A DNA stretch of 64,000 nt from an uncultured delta proteobacterium. GTDB lineage: Bacteria > Desulfobacterota > WTBG01 > CAIYCZ01 > CAIRTM01. Each line of letters begins with the position of its first letter. Position 1 is the stretch's first letter. The position numbers and the translations under genes are program-made. Positions 32,193 to 41,153 of the stretch are shown piece after piece. The stretch lies in the NCBI GenBank assembly GCA_963804955.1, contig CAWDSQ010000007.1, positions 352,001 through 416,000 of the forward strand. The letters are read 5' to 3'. The notes beneath the pieces were generated by a model. The model was not told where the DNA came from, ran no database searches, and was given only the letters and a program-made list of their open reading frames with translations.

Positions 32193-32426
32193 ATGAAAGT
32201 AGATCGTGAAATATGCGTAGGCTGCGGAGCCTGTGTAAATCTCTGTCCGCGGTTGGCCATTCGTCTTATCGATGACAAGTCTTTTATTGATCAGGTTTCC
32301 TGTATCGAGTGTGGCACCTGCAGGGCTGGCTGCGGTGTGGATGCAATTTTCTGTGACTGCCGCTTTCCTGAAATACTCTTGCTTAATCTCACAAGCGATA
32401 CCTACGAACAAGGGGAGCGCTCATGA
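32193..32426 (+). CDS. 2x[4Fe-4S] ferredoxin
   Basis: CVGCGACVNLCP and CIECGTCRAGC. Confidence 0.9.
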   Translation: MKVDREICVGCGACVNLCPRLAIRLIDDKSFIDQVSCIECGTCRAGCGVDAIFCDCRFPEILLLNLTSDTYEQGERS

Positions 32427-33736
32427 AAAAAATCTATGATTTTATTGTAGTTGGAGCAGGACCCGCAGGGTTGATGATCGCAAAAGAGCTGTCAGCAGCA
32501 AGGCAGGATGTGCTTCTGATTGATATAAAGAAGGAAATATCGAAAGTTCACCGTTCCTGCTGTACCATGCTGATCAATGAACCCAATACACACGGGGAAA
32601 CCGTTCGCTTTGTTGATAATGATCTTTATTTTGAAAAAACCGGCATTACGGTCAAATACGGGCATCCCTATGTTAAGCTGGTTAAAAGCTCCAGAATGTC
32701 CACCGGCGGAAATAAGCTGACCATGGTCAACCGTGAAAACGGTGTGGCGCTGCCATATACCAAAGAGATCATCCTGCGTAATCTCCTGGAAGAATCCCTG
32801 GCGAACGGTGTTGATATCTTAACCGAAACAGCCGGTATTCGGGCGGAAAATATTGACGGTAAAGTAAAAGTTACTATTCGCGACAACCATACACGAACAC
32901 TCAAAGAAGTCTGGTGCAGGGTTTGTTTCGCGGCGGACGGTTGCAACTCACAGATTGTTACGGGCCTGGAGCTGTTCAGGACCCGGAAATATTTTGGTTC
33001 ATATCGGGTGGCCTCCTATTTCCTGGATGAAGTGGATTATCCGAACTGGGACTCATGGATTACCTGTGTGGGAAAAGGGCATACCCCCTGGGGCAAAGGT
33101 CAGATCTATATGGTCCCCAAATATCTAGCGGATGCAAAAAAAGGAGATAAACCTATTCTTGATGTGTTCTGCGGGACCCCCTGCGGTTTACCGGCCAAAA
33201 TGGGCCTGGACTGGTTCTTAACAGAAGGCCCGTTTAAAGAATGGTTCCATAATGCTAAAATTGTACATAAGGCAGCATGTGTGCTAAACTTTTACACCTG
33301 TATTATGAATCCGGTAGAGGGAAATATTGTGGTGGTGGGTGATGCCGCCGCCTTTATTGAAACCTACTGTCAGTCGGCATTAATGTACGGATATCTGGCA
33401 GCACAGGCCGCGCTGAAAGTCCTGAGTACCGGAAAAGGGTATGATGATTATACCAATTTTTGGCGGGAAAGCTTTGAGTACTGCCATCCCGGTGAAATTG
33501 AAAAGGCACTGCAGGCTTTTGGTCTCGGGCGACTTGAGGATGAACAGCTGAATTATATTTTCAGCCTGACCAATAATGAGGAATATGCCGGATACGTCAG
33601 CGAAAACACGGCCGGCTATGTGATGCAAAAGGCCATCATGGGTCATATTGCCCAGATCAAAAAAGAACGTCCCGATATTGCGGCTGTAATTGAACAACAC
33701 TGGAAAGCGTCGGCGGAAGACATCGTGGATCAATAA
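32423..33736 (+). CDS. second geranylgeranyl reductase/FixC-family FAD-dependent oxidoreductase
   Basis: YDFIVVGAGPAG, FAADGCNS and VVGDAA; paralogous to 26364..27689. Confidence 0.85.
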   Translation: MKKIYDFIVVGAGPAGLMIAKELSAARQDVLLIDIKKEISKVHRSCCTMLINEPNTHGETVRFVDNDLYFEKTGITVKYGHPYVKLVKSSRMSTGGNKLTMVNRENGVALPYTKEIILRNLLEESLANGVDILTETAGIRAENIDGKVKVTIRDNHTRTLKEVWCRVCFAADGCNSQIVTGLELFRTRKYFGSYRVASYFLDEVDYPNWDSWITCVGKGHTPWGKGQIYMVPKYLADAKKGDKPILDVFCGTPCGLPAKMGLDWFLTEGPFKEWFHNAKIVHKAACVLNFYTCIMNPVEGNIVVVGDAAAFIETYCQSALMYGYLAAQAALKVLSTGKGYDDYTNFWRESFEYCHPGEIEKALQAFGLGRLEDEQLNYIFSLTNNEEYAGYVSENTAGYVMQKAIMGHIAQIKKERPDIAAVIEQHWKASAEDIVDQ

Positions 33737-33750
33737 CAAAAGAGGTTTGT

Positions 33751-34296
33751 GTGCCGAACATACTGCTGCCAACAATGAGCCAGGCGAGGAAGGAGTCTTT
33801 TGCACATCGCGGCATACATCTCGTTGAATCCATTACCGCCCCGGAGTTCGAGCAGGTTATTACGGACTACCTCGCCGGCCATAATGTTCTGCACCTTGCA
33901 ACCTGCAAGAGCAATGAGGTGCGCAGCACAACCTTAGAATATTTCAACAACAAGCTGACGGTGTATATCTTGTCTGAAGGCGGCGGAAAACTGGCAAACC
34001 TGAAAGCAAATGCAAATGTCAGCTATACCATTGCAGACCCCTATAGCCCGGAAAAGGATTTCTTCGGTGCTTCCGGCCTCCAGGTTTGGGGCAGGGGCAC
34101 TGTATTTAGAAAAAATGATGCTCCGGAAATGTTTGCCTCAATTAACCGCTATGCCCGAACTGCAGACAGCCTTGAGCAGCAGGACCTGAAGGCAAAGGCT
34201 GCCGCTGTAAATTTTTATGTTATCACCATTGAGCCTGACAAAATTATTTATCTTAACTACCGGCAGGGATATCGCAAAGCTACGTGGGAGCGTTAG
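33751..34296 (+). CDS. pyridoxamine 5'-phosphate oxidase-like split-barrel protein
   Basis: VLHLAT..VRSTTLEY, SEGGGKLANLKANANVS and GLQVWG. Confidence 0.8.
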   Translation: MPNILLPTMSQARKESFAHRGIHLVESITAPEFEQVITDYLAGHNVLHLATCKSNEVRSTTLEYFNNKLTVYILSEGGGKLANLKANANVSYTIADPYSPEKDFFGASGLQVWGRGTVFRKNDAPEMFASINRYARTADSLEQQDLKAKAAAVNFYVITIEPDKIIYLNYRQGYRKATWER

Positions 34297-34433
34297 CGCA
34301 GGATGCCTCAATGCAGGCGGCTTATGGAGCTGACCCGTTTGCCTGCTCTGTTATGGGGGACCGGGGAGCTTTCAACATACATAGTGGGATGAACTAACAA
34401 CCACTGAAACTGTTTTTTACAAAGGCGGTGCTT

Positions 34434-35117
34434 ATGCAAAACGTGACGAGAAGACAATTCACGCAAAAAACAGTGCTTTTTTCATTTGCTGCCGCACTGG
34501 TTCCGGCTATTGCGTCCGCTGCCGGCCCTCCGGCAGGCATGACCGCAGAAAAGGCTTCCGCGATGCTGGACAAGCTCAAAAACAATGCTTTCGCGAACAG
34601 GAATGATCTCTCCGACGCCATCAAATCCCTGTACATGACCTATGATACAACCAGCCCCTATCCCCATAAGTTCAATGAAGTCCTGACCAAGCAGCAACTG
34701 AGAAGCCTGCAATTCTACATTAATAACGGTGCTGAAAAGGAGTATGTGAACCACTGTATCACAACAGCCGAGCCCCTTCTCAAAAAAATAAAATCCATTG
34801 TTGAGAAGGAAGGCGGCGAGCAGGGCCTGCACAACATGTTTGAAGGCACTTCAACGTCATATCAGCTCTTTGAACATATTAATGTAATGCCCGGGAGCAG
34901 ATCATTCCCCTGCCCGTATAAAGAACTGCTCGCAAACTGCAAAAAATACCTGCTCACGTTTTCAATGGAGTGGAGTGATGTCTGTACAAAATTATGCACT
35001 CCCCTATGGACAGGAATAGGTGAAACGCTAGGCATCAGCCTTTCCGTTCAGCCAGGGGATACGTGTACCGTTGCCCTCAAGACAAACGGCAAGAAGCCTG
35101 AAGGAGGTGCTGCATGA
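34434..35117 (+). CDS. Tat-exported protein with V4R/ATC-hydrolase-like four-Cys motif
   Basis: TRRQF twin-arginine signal; CPYK, WSDVCTKLC and PGDTC. Confidence 0.6.
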   Translation: MQNVTRRQFTQKTVLFSFAAALVPAIASAAGPPAGMTAEKASAMLDKLKNNAFANRNDLSDAIKSLYMTYDTTSPYPHKFNEVLTKQQLRSLQFYINNGAEKEYVNHCITTAEPLLKKIKSIVEKEGGEQGLHNMFEGTSTSYQLFEHINVMPGSRSFPCPYKELLANCKKYLLTFSMEWSDVCTKLCTPLWTGIGETLGISLSVQPGDTCTVALKTNGKKPEGGAA

Positions 35118-35776
35118 ATACGCATAAAAATCAAAACCCGGGCTCGGAACAATTGCCAATGGTTGAAGATACACAGCGCAGAAACTTCTTTAAAAAATTC
35201 TCTCTTGCCGGCCTGCTTTCAGCAGGATTGCTCCTGGGCCTGCCCCGCAGAGCAGCGGCCTGGCTGGATGGTAAATTCCAAGAGCGGCAGGATCTTGCCG
35301 ATGCCTTTAAAGTTCTACAAAAAACCTACAGCGATGTCAGCCCCTATCCCCATAAGTTCAATGATGCTTTGGTAAAGCTCCAGCTTCGGGATCTCGATTT
35401 TGCTGTTAAAAAAGGCTTTGACAAAGAATTTGCCGATCATTATGTCCTCACCCTTGGTGTGCCGATTGAGCGGCATATCAAACCCGCTATTGGAATGCTT
35501 GGCAAAGATTGTTTCCTGTGGGGGATTTTTGAACGCACAAGCTGTTCCTATCAGCTGTATGAACACATTAATATAGCTACAAAAAACGAGCGTTCATTCC
35601 CCTGCCCGTACAAGTCTATTCTCGGGCATATTCAGGGCACTGATGTGAACTATGTGATCAAGTGGAAAGATGTATGCGAAAAATGGTGTTCAAGGACCTG
35701 GAACGGTTTTGCTGATACTGCTGGTGTAAAAATTAAAATTATGCCGGGGGAAACCTGTAAGGTCAAAGTAATCTAG
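35114..35776 (+). CDS. Tat-exported paralog of the preceding protein
   Basis: QRRNFF signal; shared SPYPHKFN, SYQL.EHIN, RSFPCPYK, W.DVC.K.C and PG.TC. Confidence 0.6.
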   Translation: MNTHKNQNPGSEQLPMVEDTQRRNFFKKFSLAGLLSAGLLLGLPRRAAAWLDGKFQERQDLADAFKVLQKTYSDVSPYPHKFNDALVKLQLRDLDFAVKKGFDKEFADHYVLTLGVPIERHIKPAIGMLGKDCFLWGIFERTSCSYQLYEHINIATKNERSFPCPYKSILGHIQGTDVNYVIKWKDVCEKWCSRTWNGFADTAGVKIKIMPGETCKVKVI

Positions 35777-35832
35777 GGTTATAATTTTTTTAATCGGAGG
35801 CGGAAGATTCAGCCGGTGAAAGGAGTTGCCAT

Positions 35833-36570
35833 ATGAGCAGGAAATCCCTGCCGGAAGCGTGTTTTGAAATACTGACGCAGAAAATAGAGCTGAGCAGAAT
35901 CCCGGGATTTGAAGATCTGGAGCAGGTTAAGCTGCTAAACGGCGATGCCGGGGGCGGATTAAAAATATATACAGGTGATAAAATCAACCGCGTTGTTATG
36001 GTTGATTTCAAGCTCGGGGAGGGCGTGCCGATTCCGCACCATGAAAACCGGCCGTCAGTAGGCGCGGAAATATTTCAAATTGCCCCGGATTTCAATTACA
36101 AGCTGCCGATATTTGGAATTAATTCCGTTATCATGAAGGATGGCACCTATTATTTTGATACTGACTTTTCATTCGGCTTTGATCTCGTCAGGGACTATGA
36201 TTTTGTGGCAAAATACATTGAGCCCATCCAGGATATGTATACTAAATTTTCACTGCATCCCGATTTTAAGATCATCCCCCTTTCGGAAATGACGACATGG
36301 GTGAGAACGTATATTTCGCCTTTGTTCATTACCGCAATTACCACGGTTGATAAAGTCCAGACGGTATTTGATCTTGCATCGGAATATATAAACCTTTGGG
36401 CGAAAATGCACACAGAAGCAGCGCCTGTCACCGGAGATTTCAAAGAGCTTCAGCAGTCACGAATACAGGCGCAGTATGCCGGCATGAAAAATACCGACAG
36501 GATGGGCAAAGTGCTGCTGAATGCTTTCGGCAAAGAAACGTTCAGCAAATTTTTCAAAGCCATGTCATAA
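35833..36570 (+). CDS. ferredoxin-dependent bilin reductase / RCC reductase-like protein 1
   Basis: PDFNYKLPIFGIN, FDTDFS..DL...FVAKYIEP, YISPLF, EYINLWAKM and DRMGKVLLNAFGKE follow the PebA/PebB/RCCR motif order; 245 aa. Confidence 0.7.
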   Translation: MSRKSLPEACFEILTQKIELSRIPGFEDLEQVKLLNGDAGGGLKIYTGDKINRVVMVDFKLGEGVPIPHHENRPSVGAEIFQIAPDFNYKLPIFGINSVIMKDGTYYFDTDFSFGFDLVRDYDFVAKYIEPIQDMYTKFSLHPDFKIIPLSEMTTWVRTYISPLFITAITTVDKVQTVFDLASEYINLWAKMHTEAAPVTGDFKELQQSRIQAQYAGMKNTDRMGKVLLNAFGKETFSKFFKAMS

Positions 36571-36612
36571 AAACCGCGAATCTGGCCCTCGGTATCACCA
36601 CCCTTTCTGTGC

Positions 36613-36645
36613 CAGCCGCCCGCTTGACCGGGCGGCTGTTTTTTT
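36613..36645 (+). terminator. intrinsic terminator ending the 26.3-36.6 kb operon
   Basis: CAGCCGCCCG-cttgac-CGGGCGGCTG-TTTTTTT. Confidence 0.85.
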
Positions 36646-36836
36646 CTGGCGTTAAAGTGTTAAGCATCCATGGGTATCTAAGTATGGACAATCAGACAAC
36701 GCTTCCAAATGCTACCGCTCCATGCCTGCAGAAACAGCCGACCTTGCTCAGGTTCGGCTGTTTCTGTTAAAAAGGAAAGAATGGATACAAACGACGTGTT
36801 GCTCATACAACAGGTTCGCGCAGGGAAACGGTTGCT

Positions 36837-37064
36837 CTACGATGCTTGTTGCGTTACCTTGATAAGACTGACATCAAATGCGCCAAGAGCCCGCGCGCAT
36901 GTCTGTCTGTAGCCATTCATACGCATTACATATGAAATAAAACCATCCTTTTTCGGCTGCGCGAGCAGGTTCGCTGCAAGCCGTGTTTCAGCAATGTGAA
37001 TAGTACCTGCATTGTTTAGAATTGCACTAACCAGCTCCTGTCTTGTTCTAACTTCAGTGCTCAT
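36837..37064 (-). CDS. hypothetical protein (75 aa)
   Basis: AAGGAG RBS and ATG; no recognisable motif. Confidence 0.45.
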   Translation of the reverse strand: MSTEVRTRQELVSAILNNAGTIHIAETRLAANLLAQPKKDGFISYVMRMNGYRQTCARALGAFDVSLIKVTQQAS

Positions 37065-37169
37065 ATCTGCTCTCCTTGTTTGCTCGATAGTACAGAAAAA
37101 TCAGTTCTGGGATGCAAGGGAAATCCTCCCCGGTTTATCTCAAGATCAAACCTAAAGCTAAATTCCTGA

Positions 37170-37850
37170 TTACGGTCCGCCAGGAGCAGCATATTTATTG
37201 ACCGCTACTGAATTCAAAATTTTGCTAATCGCAGCCGCCTCAATTTGCTCAGTTGACAGCCCCTCTGTAGCAATATGGAAATGCTGTATGATGTCGGCAT
37301 TTGAACTTTTCGCAAGATTCAGCATTCCTTTTCTATTGTCTCTCAAATAATCCCTTAAAAATTTTTTTATAAATGGTGCATCATCGCCAAAACCTTCATA
37401 TTTCTTAATATCAATATTGGCCGTCGTCACTATCGTCATTTTTTTTCCCTGAAGATTTGAATTATGAAGCAAAGTACGCATGGGAACACTAAGCTTCCAA
37501 TTCCAAATAGGAGTGACAAGATAAACATTTTTATATTGTGAAAAATTAATCGTTTCCGGTTCGATTTGCGTGTACTTCCCCATCTGCGAATCGTATGCAG
37601 CGCCGATAAATCCGAACCAGCCGGACCTTTCTTTGGCATCCTTGATTTCTAAAATTTCTGCGCCGCTGGCAGATGCCATTGCTTTTGCCACTACCTCGCT
37701 TTTTCCCGTTCTGGAATAATAAACGACCACTGTATCAGTGGCGGCATTACTCTGCACAAACGAAAACAGTAAAATCATCAAGAAAAAGATACCTGATAAA
37801 AAAAATGCCCTGAAACCGCTTCGATAATGTAGTCTGGTATGCATACTCAT
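37170..37850 (-). CDS. exported or membrane-anchored flavodoxin-like protein
   Basis: N-terminal hydrophobic segment, VVYYSRTGKS and VTPIWNW; AAGGAGG RBS. Confidence 0.8.
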   Translation of the reverse strand: MSMHTRLHYRSGFRAFFLSGIFFLMILLFSFVQSNAATDTVVVYYSRTGKSEVVAKAMASASGAEILEIKDAKERSGWFGFIGAAYDSQMGKYTQIEPETINFSQYKNVYLVTPIWNWKLSVPMRTLLHNSNLQGKKMTIVTTANIDIKKYEGFGDDAPFIKKFLRDYLRDNRKGMLNLAKSSNADIIQHFHIATEGLSTEQIEAAAISKILNSVAVNKYAAPGGP

Positions 37851-37926
37851 TGACCTCCTTTAAAAATTCTACGCTTTATGAAGCGCTATTTTGATCCTGT
37901 ATTGCTGCGCATGAATGACGATGCAT

Positions 37927-38064
37927 TTAATGCCATAGCAGCTGCGATATCCACGCGTGAGTTGAAAGTCTCAACAATAAAACAATCAGAAAAACCATTA
38001 CTAGACCGGCGATACCGTAAGCGATTTTATTAAAAAAACAATTGTTGTTTGTTTTCATATTCAT
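37927..38064 (-). CDS. small single-pass membrane peptide (45 aa)
   Basis: GGAGG RBS; IAYGIAGLVMVFLIVLLL TM segment. Confidence 0.45.
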   Translation of the reverse strand: MNMKTNNNCFFNKIAYGIAGLVMVFLIVLLLRLSTHAWISQLLWH

Positions 38065-38338
38065 TTTTGCGGCCTCCTGTAAAATTTCTTTTCTGCTGTG
38101 CTCGCACCTGCGTGTACTGAGCTTCCCCACCCGTTGAAAACCATTGAGTCTGCGTCACGCAACCGGCAAAGCGGTTCCTGTGAAACCGGGAGCCTTCATG
38201 GGCACACGAGATCAGCAAAATATCTGGTGCCATCCCCGTGAATTGCACACGCTTGCACATGCGAACCGGCACTTTAACGCAAGCGTCTGATTGTATGGGA
38301 TAGTGAGTTAAAAGGCGCCCAGGCAACTCATTAGAGGA

Positions 38339-38650
38339 TCATAGATTGAGTCGCATCGAGACTTGGAATGGTGAAGGGCTGTTGACTAGAGGAAGTAGCT
38401 CACTGATACAAAGGCGGTTTGAGGCAGGTGTTGAAAATAAATTTTGGGCTGAATTTAAAACAGGTGAAGGGCTGATGTCTTGCTTAAAATGCGCCTGACA
38501 GTATTTCTTTTTCAGTTCAGCACGTGAGAATACGCTGCAGCTAAGCTGCAGCGTATTCTCAGTAAAAGCGCTTGCTCTCGGGCAACCGAATAATAAATTA
38601 ATTGCCACTATGAAAAGCACGATATGAAATATTTTATGCTTTGGCATCAT
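38339..38650 (-). CDS. hypothetical protein with signal peptide
   Basis: N-terminal hydrophobic stretch ending LLFGC; otherwise unsupported. Confidence 0.3.
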   Translation of the reverse strand: MMPKHKIFHIVLFIVAINLLFGCPRASAFTENTLQLSCSVFSRAELKKKYCQAHFKQDISPSPVLNSAQNLFSTPASNRLCISELLPLVNSPSPFQVSMRLNL

Positions 38651-38711
38651 AACCTGGTCGTGTAATTAGATTTTGATTGCTACATTATTTTAGAATATGC
38701 CCGGCGTGACC

Positions 38712-40155
38712 TCAACGCTTTTTTGAGAGAACAGAATCAATGGACAGATAGAATGCCTCTGTCACATTTTTCTGATATTTGCCGACGGGAACGCCATTAT
38801 AAATGACCCGCGTTTTGCCCTGCTGAAATTCCCGCGTGTACGGAATTGACCAGTCGGGGTAATCGATCTGTTCATAGACGTCATAGCCTTCAAATCCATG
38901 ATAATTTTTCAGTGCGTGATGAAACAGTGTATCTGAATTTTCTGCAAAAAACTCTATGGGCAAACCGATGACATAGTCATAGCCTTCCTTGATAGCCTGC
39001 AAATATGCCCGGTTTGTCGAAAGATATTTTTCTTTCGGGTCCCACACCGGGTCGGCGAATTCATCCTGACAGATAACAACATTGGTCCTGCCGAAGGCAT
39101 ATGATTTCAAGAGCCCTTTCACATCCTCAACAAGCTTATCGCGGTATTGCGGAGCCAGCTCAAGCCAGGCTTCCCAGCTGAAGTGATCCCACGGCATGCC
39201 ATGCACGGTCACCGCAACGGTAACACTGGAACTCTTCGGGAGGGTATCAAGCCTGTCTTTAAGCATATCTACAAAGGCCTGGCGCATCGGCTGAAATTGG
39301 CCCATGGGGGGGGCCATGATGACTTTGACTTTTTTACCCGGATGCTCGGCTTTCCACTCATTGATATATTCCATGCTGTGCCGGAAGCTTGAGTTAAACT
39401 CTTCAAAATGCGAATAGATCGGCATCGGGGCGGCAAGTACTATTGTTTCGCATCCTTCATCGAGCAATTCGAAAAGCTTTTTTTTCATATTATAGTAGTC
39501 AAGGCTGCTTTCCGCACGAAAGGCGATAGTGCTGTATTTCGAGCGGATTTTATCCAGCGCGCCGTTTATTACTTCAAATGATCCCTGCCAGTGAGGCAGT
39601 TTCTGCTGTTTTATGCCGCGGTTGTAGTACCAGATATTGGCTTTATTCATTGTTTTACCACTCAGGGAGGGCAAGCCGGCCTTATGGCCGGTAAAAAGAA
39701 AATAGCCATGATCGAGATAAATTCTCTTGGACGGCGGCTGCCAGACAACCTCCCCTTTTTTGTATTTTTCAATAAAAGGCTCACCATCTATGTCGTTGTC
39801 ATTGCCATATTGATCAACCAGGCGCGTAGGCTTAAATTCTTCGTGCTCATGATATTTAACGGCATCCAGCAGGGCTACTCCTTTATCGATCTTGGAAAAA
39901 AGCCGAAATGGCCACGGAATAATAGCATTAAAAATTTTCAAAGTTATATTATAGAAAAACGGATATTCCATTTTCTCAGGCATTATCAGGCCGGTTACAA
40001 ATATTCCGACCTTCCCTTCCGGCACACGAATCCTGTATTTTATAATATTCTTCATAATAGTCCGGCTTCTGACGCCGGTTTTTGTATTTTGCAAGGACAG
40101 TATAAAAAACCGATACGGCAATAATGAATACTACAAAGCCCAGTAGAATTTTCAT
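38712..40155 (-). CDS. membrane-anchored class II chelatase (ferrochelatase/CbiX fold)-like protein; frameshift near 40030
   Basis: An alternative-frame N-terminus MKILLGFVVFIIAVSVFY joins KVGIFVTG. Contains LLDEGCETIVLAAPMPIYS, VAVTVHGMPWD and LPIEFFAENSDTL, matching the HemH patterns P.YS, SAHSLP and PIGFVSDHLETL. Confidence 0.65.
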
Positions 40156-40179
40156 ATATGCATCCTTTCAATGTATAAT

Positions 40180-40936
40180 TCAAAGACTCCCAAGAAAATC
40201 TGTAGCAGCTTTCAGTATCGCCTGCTGCTGCTGAGCGTACGGAATTGACGCCGGTTTGTCTCCGCGATATAAGCTGTCTTTATTTGACAATGCACAAAAC
40301 TGCGAGTGATTGCCTCCCGGAATCTCAACAAACTGCGTTTCTGCCGGGAGGTGCTGTTTTGATGCTTCAATATCACTTAATTTTGTCAGCCCGTCACTGG
40401 TCCCGAAAATTGATAAAGCCTTCAATGTCATATGTTCAACCCTGAATCTGTGTGACGGATATGATGCCAGCAAAATCAAGCCGGAGATTTTCTCAGCGCT
40501 TGATCTGACATACCGGCATGCCATAACACCGCCCAGAGAGTGCCCGCCAAGAGCCCATTTCTCAATTTCAGGATATCTGCTCATAAGTATGCCTGCTCTC
40601 GTATAGCCAAGCACGGCAAGGTCAAGGGGCATGGATACTATAATGGCCAGATAGCCTTCCGCGGCAATGGCCTGCATTAATGGGGCATATGCCCTTGGAT
40701 CTACCAGCCCTCCGGGATACAGAATAAATCCCTTTTTTTTGATCCGTGCTTCGATCGGGAAGAAACACATAATGGGTCCCGGCCCACCCCAAATCGATTG
40801 TCTGTGCGCTTTTGCTCGTGCCTATAATATCCAGCGCCTCTTGAGCCGGTTTATAAGAAAATGGCTTTGCCCATAGCATATAGCCGGTCAGCAGCAGTAA
40901 AAAAACCCCTGACGCAAGCAGCATTCTGTATTTCAT
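40180..40936 (-). CDS. exported alpha/beta hydrolase; frameshift near 40760
   Basis: Signal peptide; ILYPGGLVDPRAY, GGHSLGG, GTSDGL and GGNHSQF. Confidence 0.85.
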
Positions 40937-41153
40937 CGGCGCTTAATACATTCTGTAATTGCTCATCTGTCTGTATCCAAGCAGAACAAATGACTAAAAC
41001 CAGTGTCATGCATTAGGCAACACAGACCTTGTCCCGGATTCGGAATATTTTTCGGCACCCAGCGTCTAGCATGCTGCGTCTGCGCTACACTCTCCTGTCA
41101 ATGTCGGATACATCATTTAGTCCAGTCTTTAGCCGTGCCTTTTGGCACATGGT

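Noticed and set aside
36781..36850. Possible ECF sigma factor N-terminal remnant (MDTNDVLLIQQVRAGK..Y)
   Set aside because: Too short to support a call, and it overlaps a better minus-strand ORF.
38150..38200. c-di-GMP-I riboswitch-like GGCAAA...hairpin
   Set aside because: It lacks the GAAA tetraloop and GACGCAAA segment and is on the strand opposite the neighbouring genes.
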